The translations under genes and the position numbers were made by a program. A stretch of 64,000 nucleotides of DNA from an uncultured Fibrobacterota bacterium (lineage in GTDB: Bacteria > Fibrobacterota > Chitinivibrionia > Chitinivibrionales > FEN-1185): assembly GCA_963753345.1 (NCBI GenBank), contig CAVWBU010000034.1, forward strand, positions 1 to 64,000. Direction: 5' to 3'. Below the pieces are notes generated by a model. The model searched no databases and was not told where the DNA came from. It saw nothing but the letters and a program-made list of their open reading frames with translations. Positions 50,930-63,985 of the stretch are shown in pieces (the first letter of the stretch is position 1; the number at the start of each line of letters is the position of its first letter).

Positions 50930-52798
50930 CTACTTCTTCGAGGACTCCAGCTGCTTCGTTTTCACCTTCGGCTTGAGCAGGTTCTCGTACATCGTCTTGT
51001 TCGACATAATGGCGAGCGCGCTCTTGAACTGATCGTCGTTCTGCAGTTTGGCGCGGTACACGGCATCGTTGTCCTGGCCCAGCTCCCTCACCATGAGCGA
51101 CTCGCGGAGGTAGTTGCGGATCTCCGCGTCGTCCTTGACGAGCTCGCGCCTGCTCTCTTCGGCGAGGATCGCGGCCATCTGCTGCGACACCTTCTTGAGG
51201 ACGCCGGCCTCCTCTTTGGTCCATTCCGGTTTCTTAACAAGAGAGTACGCCGACGAATCGGCGGCCTTCTTCGCCGTGTCCTTCGAGGAATCGGCGATGC
51301 CCGCCCTGTTCTTGAATTCGTCGAACACGAGCTGCGCATAGCTCTGGTACTTGAACCCGATGGAATCCGTGAAATGATTGTAGTCCTTCATCACCTGGTC
51401 GGTGACGGTGAACTTCTCGTCGGCCTTCAGGTGCCTTGCCGCGAGCCTGGGGTACTCGTAATTCGCGAATGAAAAGAACACGTCCTTGAGGAACAGCGTG
51501 CGGATCGCGAGATCGGGCATTTTCCACTGCACGATGGTGTCGGGAATGATGCCGCCGCCGCCGTGCACGATGCGCAGGTTCTTGGTGCGGTAGGTGGTGG
51601 TGTCCTTGCCGGAGGTCTTCGACGTGTCGGCGGCCTTTCCGGTTGAGTCCTTGCCCGCGCCCTCCTCCTCGTCGTCCTCGGATTTCTTGTTCTTGCCCCT
51701 AATGCCGTTCTCCGGTTTGTTAATGCACCGGCCCGACGGCGTGTAGTAGAACGCGGTGGTGAGCTTGAGGTGGTTCACCTCGTCGATGGGAAGAATGCTC
51801 TGGACCGACCCCTTGCCGAACGTTGTGTCTCCCACGATGAGCCCGCGGTCCCAGTCCTGGATGGCGCCCGACACGATTTCGGATGCGCTGGCGCTGCCGT
51901 TGTTGACAAGCACGATAAGCGGGATGTCGGGCGGCAGCACCGGATTGGAGCCCGCGAAATATTCGTGGTTCTGCCCGGGCACGCGGCCCCGCGTGTACAC
52001 CACCAGCGATTTTCTGGGCAGGAATTTCTCCGCCACATCGATGGCCTCGGGAAGCAGCCCGCCGGGATTGTACCGCAGGTCGAAGATCACGCCCTTGACA
52101 TTGTGCTTAAGCAGCTCGCGGAGCGCCTTCTCCACTTCGCTGCCGGCGTCCTGCGAAAACTGCTTGAGCGAAAGGTAGCCTATGCCGTCCCCGAAAACGC
52201 CGGCGTACGGCACCGACTTGATGCGGATGATGGCCCGCGTGATCTTGTAGTCGAGGTCCTTGGGTTCACCGCGCCTGCGTATGGTGATGCCCACCTCGGT
52301 GTCCGGGGCGCCGCGCAGTTTCGACACCGCTTCGTCAATCGTTATGCCCTCGGTGGATTTGCCGTTTATTTTGAGAATCTGGTCGCCGGATTGAATGCCC
52401 GCGCGTTCGGCCGGCGTGCCCGGAATCGGCGTCATCACGGTGAGCACCTTGTCGCGAATCGCAATCTGGATGCCCAGGCCGCCGAATTTTCCCTCGGTCT
52501 GGATCATCAGTTCGTCGAACTGTTTCTTCTCAAAGTAGTTGCTGTGGGGGTCAAGAATGGAAAGCATGCCCTCGATCGCGTTGTCCACGAGCTTCTTGGA
52601 ATCGATTGCTTCGACATAATTCTGGTGCACCTTGGTGAACACGCGGTCGAACCGCTGGACGTCTTCATAGAAGTTGTCGCTGTCCGCCTTGGTGACGTCG
52701 AAGGCGAGGCCGGCGATAATAACAAAGAAAACCACGATTCCTATGAAAGGAATGCGGCCACCCAAGACTCCGTAATCCCGATTGGCGTTCTTCTGCAT
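50930..52798 (-). CDS. ctpA: Carboxyl-terminal processing protease (S41A, PDZ)
   Basis: LDPHS, FGGLGI, DLRYNPGG, SASASEIVSGAIQD, TFGKGSVQ, YYTPSGR. Confidence 0.92.
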   Translation of the reverse strand: MQKNANRDYGVLGGRIPFIGIVVFFVIIAGLAFDVTKADSDNFYEDVQRFDRVFTKVHQNYVEAIDSKKLVDNAIEGMLSILDPHSNYFEKKQFDELMIQTEGKFGGLGIQIAIRDKVLTVMTPIPGTPAERAGIQSGDQILKINGKSTEGITIDEAVSKLRGAPDTEVGITIRRRGEPKDLDYKITRAIIRIKSVPYAGVFGDGIGYLSLKQFSQDAGSEVEKALRELLKHNVKGVIFDLRYNPGGLLPEAIDVAEKFLPRKSLVVYTRGRVPGQNHEYFAGSNPVLPPDIPLIVLVNNGSASASEIVSGAIQDWDRGLIVGDTTFGKGSVQSILPIDEVNHLKLTTAFYYTPSGRCINKPENGIRGKNKKSEDDEEEGAGKDSTGKAADTSKTSGKDTTTYRTKNLRIVHGGGGIIPDTIVQWKMPDLAIRTLFLKDVFFSFANYEYPRLAARHLKADEKFTVTDQVMKDYNHFTDSIGFKYQSYAQLVFDEFKNRAGIADSSKDTAKKAADSSAYSLVKKPEWTKEEAGVLKKVSQQMAAILAEESRRELVKDDAEIRNYLRESLMVRELGQDNDAVYRAKLQNDDQFKSALAIMSNKTMYENLLKPKVKTKQLESSKK

Positions 52799-52909
52799 TA
52801 ATGCTCCCCTGTTTCTTTGACGCGGCGCGAAAGGCTATAAAATACATTAGAATCAAAAGGTTCCCCACTACTATTTCTGGGGATGATTTCAATAATAACA
52901 TAGCAACTT

Positions 52910-53067
52910 GGTGGGGGAAGGATCCCCCTCGCTTCAGCCCGGCGCACTTCCGCAAAATCCAACTCATTACCAATCGTGCGCCGGTCTTCCGCTACCCCCT
53001 CCTGGGTGGCCGCCTTGACAAAGCAACTGCAAGACCATGCATTGTTGCGGCGGCACCCACGAAGAGC
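52910..53067 (-). repeat. Family B repeat
   Basis: GGTGGGGGAAGGATCCCCCTCGCT...CCGCTACCCCCTCCTGGGTGGC...GGCACCCACGAAGAG. Confidence 0.8.
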
Positions 53068-53129
53068 TGTGGTATGAAAATACCCCGCCTGACGTGCGTT
53101 CTTTCTTGGCAATTGTCAAGAGTATCGGT

Positions 53130-53156
53130 GTCATCGCGGGCGGAGCGAAGCAATCT
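53130..53156 (+). repeat. REP-like motif (second copy at 31198-31223)
   Basis: GTCATCGCGGGCGGAGCGAAGCAATCT versus GTCATGGCGAGTGAGCGAAGTAATCT. Confidence 0.55.
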
Positions 53157-53204
53157 ACATAAAATAGAACTCAAGTCATTCCAAGTCACTAAGCATCGGC
53201 GACA

Positions 53205-53243
53205 TCCCGCTCGAGCGGGACCTCCAGTCGCCCCTAACGCGGC
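53205..53243 (+). repeat. Family A repeat, 3' fragment
   Basis: TCCCGCTCGAGCGGGACCTCCAGTCGCCCCTAACGCGGC matches the end of 46110-46295 and of 27847-28003. Confidence 0.7.
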
Positions 53244-53290
53244 ACAGAAGAACATTGCCCAATCCGGGAAACCGCGTTTGCTTCTGTCAA

Positions 53291-53336
53291 CTCCCCTCTC
53301 CCCGTGGGAGAGGGGCGCCCAAAGGGCGGGGTGAGG
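53291..53336. repeat. REP-like palindrome
   Basis: CCCCTCTCCC-CGT-GGGAGAGGGG followed by GCCCAAAGGGC and GGGGTGAGG. Confidence 0.65.
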
Positions 53337-53378
53337 TTAAGCGAAATAACAAATGAGGGTTACACCCGACAGGGCATT

Positions 53379-54001
53379 TCAATCCCTCAACTTCTTCATT
53401 ATTCTTTCACACACAATCTTCGACAACTCCTCCGCCACCTTTGTCCCATCAAGCAATATTATTCTCTTCGGATCTGCCGCGGCGAGGGCCAGATACCCCT
53501 TGCGCACTTTCTCGTAGAATTCCCTGCCGCTGCCCTCTAAGCGGTCGGGGCGCTTGCCGGTTGTTGCGAGGCGTGAAAACGCCGTGGCAACGTCGATGTC
53601 GAACACGAAGGTGAGAGAGGGCGCGATGCCGCCGGTGGCGAAGCTGTTCATCCCGGCAAGGGTCTTGAGAGGAATGCCGCGGCCGTAACCCTGATAGGCG
53701 AAGGTTGCCTCCATGAACCTGTCGCACAGCACAACGTTTCCTTTGTCAAGCGCCGGCGCGATCGTTTCGCGCACGTGCTGGGCGCGCGCGGCAAAGTACA
53801 GGAGCACCTCGCACCCGTCGCTCATTGCGCCGTGGTCCGGCGAAAGCAGAATGTCGCGGATGCGCTCGGCAACGGGCGTGCCGCCCGGTTCGCGCGTGAC
53901 CGTGCACGGTATGTTCCTGCCGGCGAGCGTGCGCTGCGCAAGTCCCACCTGCGTGCTCTTCCCGCATCCGTCAATTCCCTCGAACGTCACGAACAGGCCG
54001 C

Positions 54002-54005
<4 letters not shown>
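53379..54005 (-). CDS. tmk: Thymidylate kinase
   Basis: [40 protein letters not shown] overlap with the secA stop. Confidence 0.95.
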
Positions 54006-57115
<3,110 letters not shown>

Positions 57116-57281
57116 GTCATTCCACCTTGTTGTATCGGAATCTTACGGATTTTCACTGTTGATGCAAACGGGACCTTGGGCGGCTTCGGCGGCACCGAGT
57201 GCCGTGAGGGTCATCGGCCGTGCGTCATTTTGCCCCCGCGCTTGCCCGAACCGGGCAGGTTCCGTTTTCCTGTTTCGGGAT

Positions 57282-57593
57282 CTACCCCTCGATGGAGCAG
57301 GATATCGGAATACCGCGGGAGAACTTGTCAACCAGGTCGCCCAGACCCGTCTTCTGGTCGGGCGTCAAATCACAGAACTGCATCCCCACCCTGAACCCGT
57401 CGGTGCGATCCTGGCAGTATATCACCTGCGCCTTGAGACGGACAGCGTTGATTTTGACAAAGGCAAATGCGCCCTTTTCAAGCTTCTTCGCGCTGAACCC
57501 GCACACGCCGGTCTTGCTCAGATCGAACAGCGTCGGCTCCGTGGTCCCGTTCAGTTGAAGGAACTCGATTCGTTCGCTTTTTCTGTCTTTCAT
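57282..57593 (-). CDS. Stand-alone PilZ domain protein
   Basis: RKSER (RxxxR) and DLSKTG (DxSxxG) c-di-GMP motifs; VGMQF. Confidence 0.75.
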   Translation of the reverse strand: MKDRKSERIEFLQLNGTTEPTLFDLSKTGVCGFSAKKLEKGAFAFVKINAVRLKAQVIYCQDRTDGFRVGMQFCDLTPDQKTGLGDLVDKFSRGIPISCSIEG

Positions 57594-57694
57594 AGATTTC
57601 TCCTACGTTCTCCTAGGTGTTCCAGACCGGCGGGAAGAACCATTGGCAACCTGCGTGAAAGATCCCGCCGCGCCGGATGCCGGGGCCCTTGCCC

Positions 57695-58768
57695 CTATGC
57701 CTGCGCTTCGAACACGAACGGATACACGACCTCAACCGGTCCGCCGCCTTCCATGACCGGGAAGGTCCAGCGTTGGATATACCGGACAAGATTGTCGTCA
57801 AAGTCCGAGTTCTTCGTGGAGGAGCTCATTACGGTGACGTTGGTGACTGATCCATTCGGCATTATCGTGAACTTGATCTTGATCTGTCCCGCAAGCGACG
57901 GGTCCCTCTTGAGCCACGTTTCGTATACACGTTTGAGCTGGTTGCTTTGAACGTCTATCACCTTCTTGATGGACGACTGGCTCCGCGCCTCCGCGTTGGT
58001 GGTGTTCCCGGTCACTACCGGTATCGCAGAGGAAATCGCCACGCCGCCTCCCGACGAAATGCGCTCGCTGCGGGCCCGGCCCACGCTCTCGCGGGTGATG
58101 TCGACTCCCTGCGTCACCGTGCCGCGCCTCGCCTTGAGTTCGCCTATGTCAACGTTGCCGCGGGTCGCGAAGGTGCCTTTGGACACCTGTATGCTTCCCA
58201 GGTCTCCAACCCCGCCGGCGGCGGCTCCGAGAAGGTCGGTAACGCTCCCGCCGGACGAAGGTCCGGCCTTGCCGCCGCCCGACGACGTGATGGCGGCGAA
58301 GATGCCGGCGGTCTGCACCGCGGCGGCCACGCGCTGGCGAACCGCCTGGCGCTCTTCCCTTGTGGCTTCCTGGCGGGCGTGGCGGTCCGCGAACGTCTCT
58401 TTTTCGTGGTCCACCTTCGCCGTCTTCGCCGTTTCCTTGGCCGCGGTCTTGCCGGTCTCGGCGGTTCCCGCGCCCTTTTCCGCCTTTTTTACCTCGGGAG
58501 GTTTGGCCTTGGGCTGGTTGAGCACAAGCTGCGCGTACCGTTCCTGAATCTTTGCAATGTCCTTTTCGTTCACCGTTTCGGTCACCTTGACGGAGGAGAG
58601 GATGGACACCGTCACAAAAGCCACAAGGAAAAACGATCCGAAAATAATGGTGAAACGGGGTTCCACCCGGGAAAGCAGGTTTCTTCGCAGGTCCTTGGGA
58701 AACACCTGGAGTGCGGCCCCGCCTGCGCCCTGAATGAAGAAAAGACCGGACTGCCCTGCGTTGGCCAT
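57695..58768 (-). CDS. TonB-like protein with AgmX/PglI-type C-terminal domain
   Basis: Single TM, Lys/Ala- and Gly-rich linker, YETWLKRDPSLAGQIKIKFTI.PNGSV...RWTFP...VVYPFVF. Confidence 0.8.
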   Translation of the reverse strand: MANAGQSGLFFIQGAGGAALQVFPKDLRRNLLSRVEPRFTIIFGSFFLVAFVTVSILSSVKVTETVNEKDIAKIQERYAQLVLNQPKAKPPEVKKAEKGAGTAETGKTAAKETAKTAKVDHEKETFADRHARQEATREERQAVRQRVAAAVQTAGIFAAITSSGGGKAGPSSGGSVTDLLGAAAGGVGDLGSIQVSKGTFATRGNVDIGELKARRGTVTQGVDITRESVGRARSERISSGGGVAISSAIPVVTGNTTNAEARSQSSIKKVIDVQSNQLKRVYETWLKRDPSLAGQIKIKFTIMPNGSVTNVTVMSSSTKNSDFDDNLVRYIQRWTFPVMEGGGPVEVVYPFVFEAQA

Positions 58769-59268
58769 TATGCCTTCCTGTACACAACAAGGTTCATCAC
58801 CGGGTATCCCGCCTGGCCGCAGGTGTACATGACCCTGGTGAGAACGTTGTACGGAATCGCAACGTCTCCCTGAATGGAAATTTTTCCGGAAAACTCCGTC
58901 TTGAACATTGCCGCCGATTTTTTCGCTTCGTCCGAGTACTTCTTGAGAACGTTGTACAGCGGTTCGATAAGAAAGTCTTTCTGCGTGAGAATCGCCTGGT
59001 ATGCCTTTTCGTCGATGACGACGGCATTTTCGACCATGATGTTGCCCGCGGACACCTTGACGCTCAGCGCCTCGCCCGCGTTCTTCTCGACGGAAGACGT
59101 CGGCAGCAGCAGGTTGGTTGCCGGCGTCACGAGCTGGCCCTGCGCGGAATAGTTCTTGAGCAGAAACACCACCATAAGCGTGAACATGTCGATCATGGAC
59201 GTAATGTTCAGCTTGACCGTGCCGTCGCTGCGTTTCCGGTGTTTTCGCCGGGTGGATTGCTGTGCCAT
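58768..59268 (-). CDS. ExbD/TolR family protein (AglS-like)
   Basis: LNITSMIDMFTLMVVFLLK TM with conserved Asp; IQGD..IPY..L.RVMYTCGQAGY. Confidence 0.88.
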   Translation of the reverse strand: MAQQSTRRKHRKRSDGTVKLNITSMIDMFTLMVVFLLKNYSAQGQLVTPATNLLLPTSSVEKNAGEALSVKVSAGNIMVENAVVIDEKAYQAILTQKDFLIEPLYNVLKKYSDEAKKSAAMFKTEFSGKISIQGDVAIPYNVLTRVMYTCGQAGYPVMNLVVYRKA

Positions 59269-60575
59269 TACTGGATTATGCCTCCCGCGATCGATACGTT
59301 CGGAAACATGGTGACATTGCCGTCGGGCGTGCGCGTGCCTCTGGCGGCATCCATCACCGCAATAACCGTCTGGTACTTGATCTTCTCCTCGCCCACAAGC
59401 TTGATCGCTTCGTGGTCGGAGAACAAGGGACTTCCGCTCATGTCTTTGGACGTGTATGCCTTGTACAGCTGATACAACGATGCGTCCGGCGGAATGGTCG
59501 GTGAGTAGGACTTGACAATTTCCAAAAGCGCCTTGCGCTTGACTTCCGCAAGCCGCGCGTTGAGCGTGTCGTAGTTGTACTGGCCATTGACAAGAGGGAT
59601 ATCGGGCGGCTTTTCCCCGAGGGTCTGGTTCGCCTGAGCCGCCTTCTCCGCCTGGTTGAAATAGTGGAAGATGTTGAATCCCTTGGCAGTGATGACGACC
59701 CCGAGCTCCAGCTTGCTCTGCTGCTGATTTTCGCCCCCGCCGCCCCCGCCGCCTGCCTGCGACGATTCGGGAAGCTTGAGCTCGATGGCGCCCATCTTGA
59801 CAAATTCTGACGATGTAAGGAGAAACGGGATGAGCATCACCATGAGGTTGAGCATGGGCGTCACGTCGGTGTCGGCGACTTCCTCATCGCCCGAGCGGCG
59901 TATCAGCGAATTGAGTTTCTTCTGTTCGCCGACGGGCGGATTGAGAAGGTTGAGAATGGCGACCGAATAGCGGTCCAGCTCGACAAGCGCCTGGTCCACG
60001 CGGGCGCGCAGAAACGCGAATGCCATGATGCAGGGCACGCTTATGGACAGCCCTACCAGCGTGGAGTTCATTGCCGTTGAAATGCCGGCTGCGAGCAGCG
60101 CGGATTTTTCCACCGCCGCCACGCCGGGCCTCCCCACGGCCGCAAACGACATGATGAGGCCGAACACCGTGCCCAGCAGCCCGAGAAGCGTGGACACGTT
60201 GCTGAACATCACGAGCAGCGAAAGCCGTTTTTCCATCTGCGCGGCCATGTGGGTCGATTCCTCGCCCATAGCGCCTTCGACAAGGTGGGGCTCCACCTGG
60301 GCCTTTTTTATTCCTGCGCCGAGGATCCGCGGCAGCGCCCTGTGGCCGCCCGACGCGCAGATCCGGAACGCCTCGTCGAGATTTTTCTCCACAATAAGAC
60401 GCTTTATCCGCTCAAAAAGGCTCGCGGCGTCGTAATCGGTGCGCTTGTTGGTGGACAGCCAGCGTTCCCCGGCGAGCAGCACGGCCGACAGGCCGAGCGC
60501 GGCGAGCAGCCACATGAATAAGAAAGCGTCGTTTGACGGAAGAAAACATTTGAGGAGTTCGGTAAAGATACCCAT
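59268..60575 (-). CDS. MotA/TolQ/ExbB domain fused to an ExbD/TolR domain
   Basis: N-terminal half has TLLGLLGTVFGLI and GISTAMNSTLVGL; C-terminal half has DVTPMLNLMVMLIPFLL, LKLP and YQTVIAVMDAAR. Confidence 0.85.
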   Translation of the reverse strand: MGIFTELLKCFLPSNDAFLFMWLLAALGLSAVLLAGERWLSTNKRTDYDAASLFERIKRLIVEKNLDEAFRICASGGHRALPRILGAGIKKAQVEPHLVEGAMGEESTHMAAQMEKRLSLLVMFSNVSTLLGLLGTVFGLIMSFAAVGRPGVAAVEKSALLAAGISTAMNSTLVGLSISVPCIMAFAFLRARVDQALVELDRYSVAILNLLNPPVGEQKKLNSLIRRSGDEEVADTDVTPMLNLMVMLIPFLLTSSEFVKMGAIELKLPESSQAGGGGGGGENQQQSKLELGVVITAKGFNIFHYFNQAEKAAQANQTLGEKPPDIPLVNGQYNYDTLNARLAEVKRKALLEIVKSYSPTIPPDASLYQLYKAYTSKDMSGSPLFSDHEAIKLVGEEKIKYQTVIAVMDAARGTRTPDGNVTMFPNVSIAGGIIQ

Positions 60576-60589
60576 AGCTACAAAGTCGA

Positions 60590-60628
60590 TTGTTGACAGT
60601 TGATGGTTGACAGTTGACGGTTGACAGA
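60590..60628. repeat. 7-mer tandem repeat (GTTGACA/GTTGAYG)
   Basis: GTTGACA GTTGATG GTTGACA GTTGACG GTTGACA; a similar 7-mer tandem lies at 19461-19492. Confidence 0.7.
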
Positions 60629-60679
60629 ATCAGAAACCGTATGCCGTACCTTGCAAAGGCCCGAAACCACAGGCCCTCA

Positions 60680-61447
60680 TCAGATGTTGATTTCCTTGAT
60701 AAGCTTGTTGTCGGTAAAGATCTTGATGTTGTTGTGCGTTATATGCAGGCCCACGCCTTCCTTGAGCTGCGAAGCGCTGATGTGGTACTTGTGGGTCTTG
60801 AACGATTTTTCGATGAGGGAATTAAGCACGCGGACCGAATATTCGTCGAGCTCGTCGATAATCCTCGTGGTCTTCGCCTTGAGAAATGCATAGACCATGA
60901 TGGAAACAATGGCCACCGACAGCCCCGTGAACGTGGAGTTCATGGCGGTGGCGATACCCGACGCGAGCAGTTCGGACTTCTGAGCCGCATCGATGCCGGG
61001 ACGGCCCACCGCGGCAAACGACATGATAAGACCGTACACCGTGCCGAGCAGTCCGAGCAAGGTTGCGACGTTGCCGATGACGGCAAGGTATCCGGTCCGT
61101 TTCTCAAGAAGGGGAATGATCTTGAGCATCGCCTCATCGATCGCGTTGCGGATGCGCTCGGCGCCCGTGTTCGCCTCGTCGAGGCCGGCCTTGATGACGT
61201 TTGCAAGCGCCATGCGTTTGCCCTTGTCGCATATTCTGATTGCGCTGTCGACATCGTCCTTCAGGATATCCTGCAATATGTCCCGGATGAACGACTCGGA
61301 TTTGCGGCCGGACTTTCTCTGCAGGTAGATGAACCGTTCGACGATTACCGATACGCTGAACACTCCCACCACGAGAATGGCCCACATGAACAAGAATGCA
61401 TCGGACTGCGGGCTGAAAGCATGCAGGAGCTTGGTTACAAATTCCAT
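60680..61447 (-). CDS. MotA/TolQ/ExbB proton channel family protein (AglR-like)
   Basis: GNVATLLGLLGTVYGLIMSF, GIATAMNSTFTGL; GGAGG RBS. Confidence 0.9.
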   Translation of the reverse strand: MEFVTKLLHAFSPQSDAFLFMWAILVVGVFSVSVIVERFIYLQRKSGRKSESFIRDILQDILKDDVDSAIRICDKGKRMALANVIKAGLDEANTGAERIRNAIDEAMLKIIPLLEKRTGYLAVIGNVATLLGLLGTVYGLIMSFAAVGRPGIDAAQKSELLASGIATAMNSTFTGLSVAIVSIMVYAFLKAKTTRIIDELDEYSVRVLNSLIEKSFKTHKYHISASQLKEGVGLHITHNNIKIFTDNKLIKEINI

Positions 61448-61930
61448 GTCAGGTCCTCCGTTCCTTGGGTGTCCATAATGAATAGGTCCGTCATGCTTTT
61501 TCGCCTCCATGCGGAAGCTGTTTGCACGAACGGACGCTTGTGATCGACCCGGGACCGACGCGCCCGGTTTTCTTAGAGCTTATCCTTATTCACGGATAAG
61601 CTCTTAGTCAACAGTCTATCAAAATATAATATTTCATGATTGCGGACGCGCATATTATGAAACGGTCTATCCCCCGTTTTCGTTTCAAATTTTCTTGAAT
61701 CCCACGCGAGCGCATTCCTCGAAGGTTCGCTGTTGCGGCTACCCCTGTAGTGTTGTATGCAGTTGTAGTCGTGGTGCTTCGGGGTTGGCGAGCGTCTATC
61801 GATATGTTTTATTCCATAGGGATGGAAAGATTCCTCGTCGCGCGGGACTGCGGGGTCTTTCAAATCCGCCGTTAAAAGACCTTTACACCGATTGCAGCCA
61901 ACCACGGCGAAGGCGCGCGGTCGGGGACCC

Positions 61931-63350
61931 CTATTTGTCGGCGACATATTCGATCTTTATCCTGCCCAGAAGCCTGATAAGGTTCACCGCGTTGCGGCCG
62001 CTGTCGTCCAGCACCAGGGGAACGCGGTCTTTGCAAGCAGGAAAGACCCCGAACGCGGGGTCGGCAAAGACCCAGGTTCCGGTCCAGACCATCACCCACG
62101 CGTGCCCGCCATAGGTTTTTTTTGCGGGGACGTAGATACAACCCGAGCACCACGCGCGCCGGAATGCCGGCGCTCCGAAGCAGCGCCGCCAGAAGCACGG
62201 CATGTTCCCCGCAGTCGCCGAACCCCGCCTTAAGGGTCTCCACCGCGTTTGAGAAGGTCGCGGTCGGCCGTTTTTCAAGGGACGAAAACACATGCATGTT
62301 GAAGGCAAGTGCAATTGCGCACGGGTCCGTCTCGTTTCCCTTGAGCTTGCGGGCGAGCTGAACGATTGACGGGTGGTTCGACTGGAGCGTGGCCGTGGGC
62401 CTGGTAAAAACGGAAAGAGCCGAATCCGGCGCGGCCTGCGTAACGCACGAGCAGGGCATCTGCGACGGTTCGAGCACCCACCGGTCTCCCGTGTGTGCAT
62501 ACATCGCCGCCACCGAACCGTCCAGTGCCGTGCCGGGCGGGAGCGCCAGGGCGATGCGCTCCCCGCTCTTGGCGGCCCTGGGCGCCGGGACCGAAAAGAG
62601 ATCGCTCAAATCCGATATGTCAATCGATTCGCCGCGTTTTTCCTTCCGGTCCCGTGCAGAGGCCCGCTTCGCCGTGAAAATGCCTTCAATTTCCTGCACG
62701 AGCGTTCTGCCGGACGCGTCGATCTGCCACGCCTGGTGCCGGCCCGAAATGTTGTCGGTGACGTCAAGCGTCACGTTTCTCGCGGCCGAGTCGACCGCGG
62801 TGCAGCAATAGGCGTTTGCAATGATTTTTCCCGAGACCAGGTCGATCTCCGTGTCGCGCCATGTCTCTCCCCGAGCAATGAGCATGCGTTTGAGGCGCTT
62901 TGTCATTTCCAGAGTCGGAAGAAGGCTCTCGTTGAAATCGTCGATGATGCTGGCCGTGGTTTCCCCGCCTGTTTCAACGCTCAGGCGCCAACCCTGCGGA
63001 CTCTTGAACAGCAGCCATGTGCTGGTCCCGCTCGTCGATTTGATTGTCTGGCGCGCACTGCGAAGCAGCCCGCAGGCATCGTAGCTCCGCTGTTCGAACA
63101 ATTCCATCTGGCTCACGCCCGTTTCCTGGCCTGCAACCGACAACGACATGGTGCTCACAACGGCCTGCATGCTGTCGGCAATGGACACACTGTGCACCAG
63201 GATCCCGGCGAGCCGCTCCTTGTAGAACACGTCGAGGGTCTCGGCCTGGACCATCGCCCGCCATTCGGAAAGAGGCAACGCGCATGACGCATGCGCACCC
63301 TGCCACGGGGCGAAAACGGCGATTATCGTTGTGTAAAGCAGACGTTTCAT
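61931..63350 (-). pseudogene. Exported transglutaminase-like protein with a frameshift near 62116-62141
   Basis: GDCGEHA..LAALLRSAGIPARVVLGL is in one frame; GHAWVMVW...WVFADP (catalytic His/Asp) continues in the frame of ORF 61931-62500. Confidence 0.78.
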
Positions 63351-63985
63351 GATTCCGGGGTGGGTTCCGCGCCGGGCGGCCGGGCGCCTTTTCCATCGGT
63401 TCTTGTGTAGGAGTCAAAGGATACTCCGGTGACCTTTCTGAACGTCGCGGCGAACAGCGCCGCATCGGCGAATCCGGCTTCCTGTGCAACCGATTCCATT
63501 GACGCGGCCGGGTTCCTGCCAAGGATCATTTTTGCGCCGTTGACCCTCACCTGCGAGATGAAATCGGAAAGACCCATGCCGAGGTTGCGCTCCATCAGGA
63601 CTTCCAGAAAAGATTCGCCGGTGACAAGCGCCTCGCACGCGCTCTTTGCGGTAAGGCCGGGATCGGCATAATGCTGCTCAATATAGCGGCACGCCTTCTG
63701 AACTTCCTTGTCCATCACGGAAAGCCTCGTTGTCGTCAGGAACCTGCGCCTGTCCCTGCTGTTCCGGACCGACATCACCACTGCCGCCGCGCCTGCGCCG
63801 GCAACGATTGCGATAATCAGAAAAATCGGCAGACGGGAGAGAATGGCCTTTCCCGAAAGAACGGCCCCGGGCAAGTTTTTTGCGGCCGCCACGGCGCTCA
63901 GGACGAGCGCGAAAAGGAAAAGAAGCAGGGCGATCCTCAGGCCGGAGGCAAGACGCCGCAGGAACGATTTCCTATACGGAAGCAT
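63347..63985 (-). CDS. Membrane-anchored AraC family HTH regulator (start may be uncertain near the window edge)
   Basis: Two TM segments, then YIEQHYADPGL...RVNGAK.IL...VAQEAGF....F...FRKVTGVS. Confidence 0.8.
   Translation of the reverse strand: MLPYRKSFLRRLASGLRIALLLFLFALVLSAVAAAKNLPGAVLSGKAILSRLPIFLIIAIVAGAGAAAVVMSVRNSRDRRRFLTTTRLSVMDKEVQKACRYIEQHYADPGLTAKSACEALVTGESFLEVLMERNLGMGLSDFISQVRVNGAKMILGRNPAASMESVAQEAGFADAALFAATFRKVTGVSFDSYTRTDGKGARPPGAEPTPES

Noticed and set aside
61620-61930. Possible tmRNA or riboswitch in the gap upstream of exbB
   Set aside because: No tRNA-like ends, tag ORF or recognisable aptamer consensus was found by eye.
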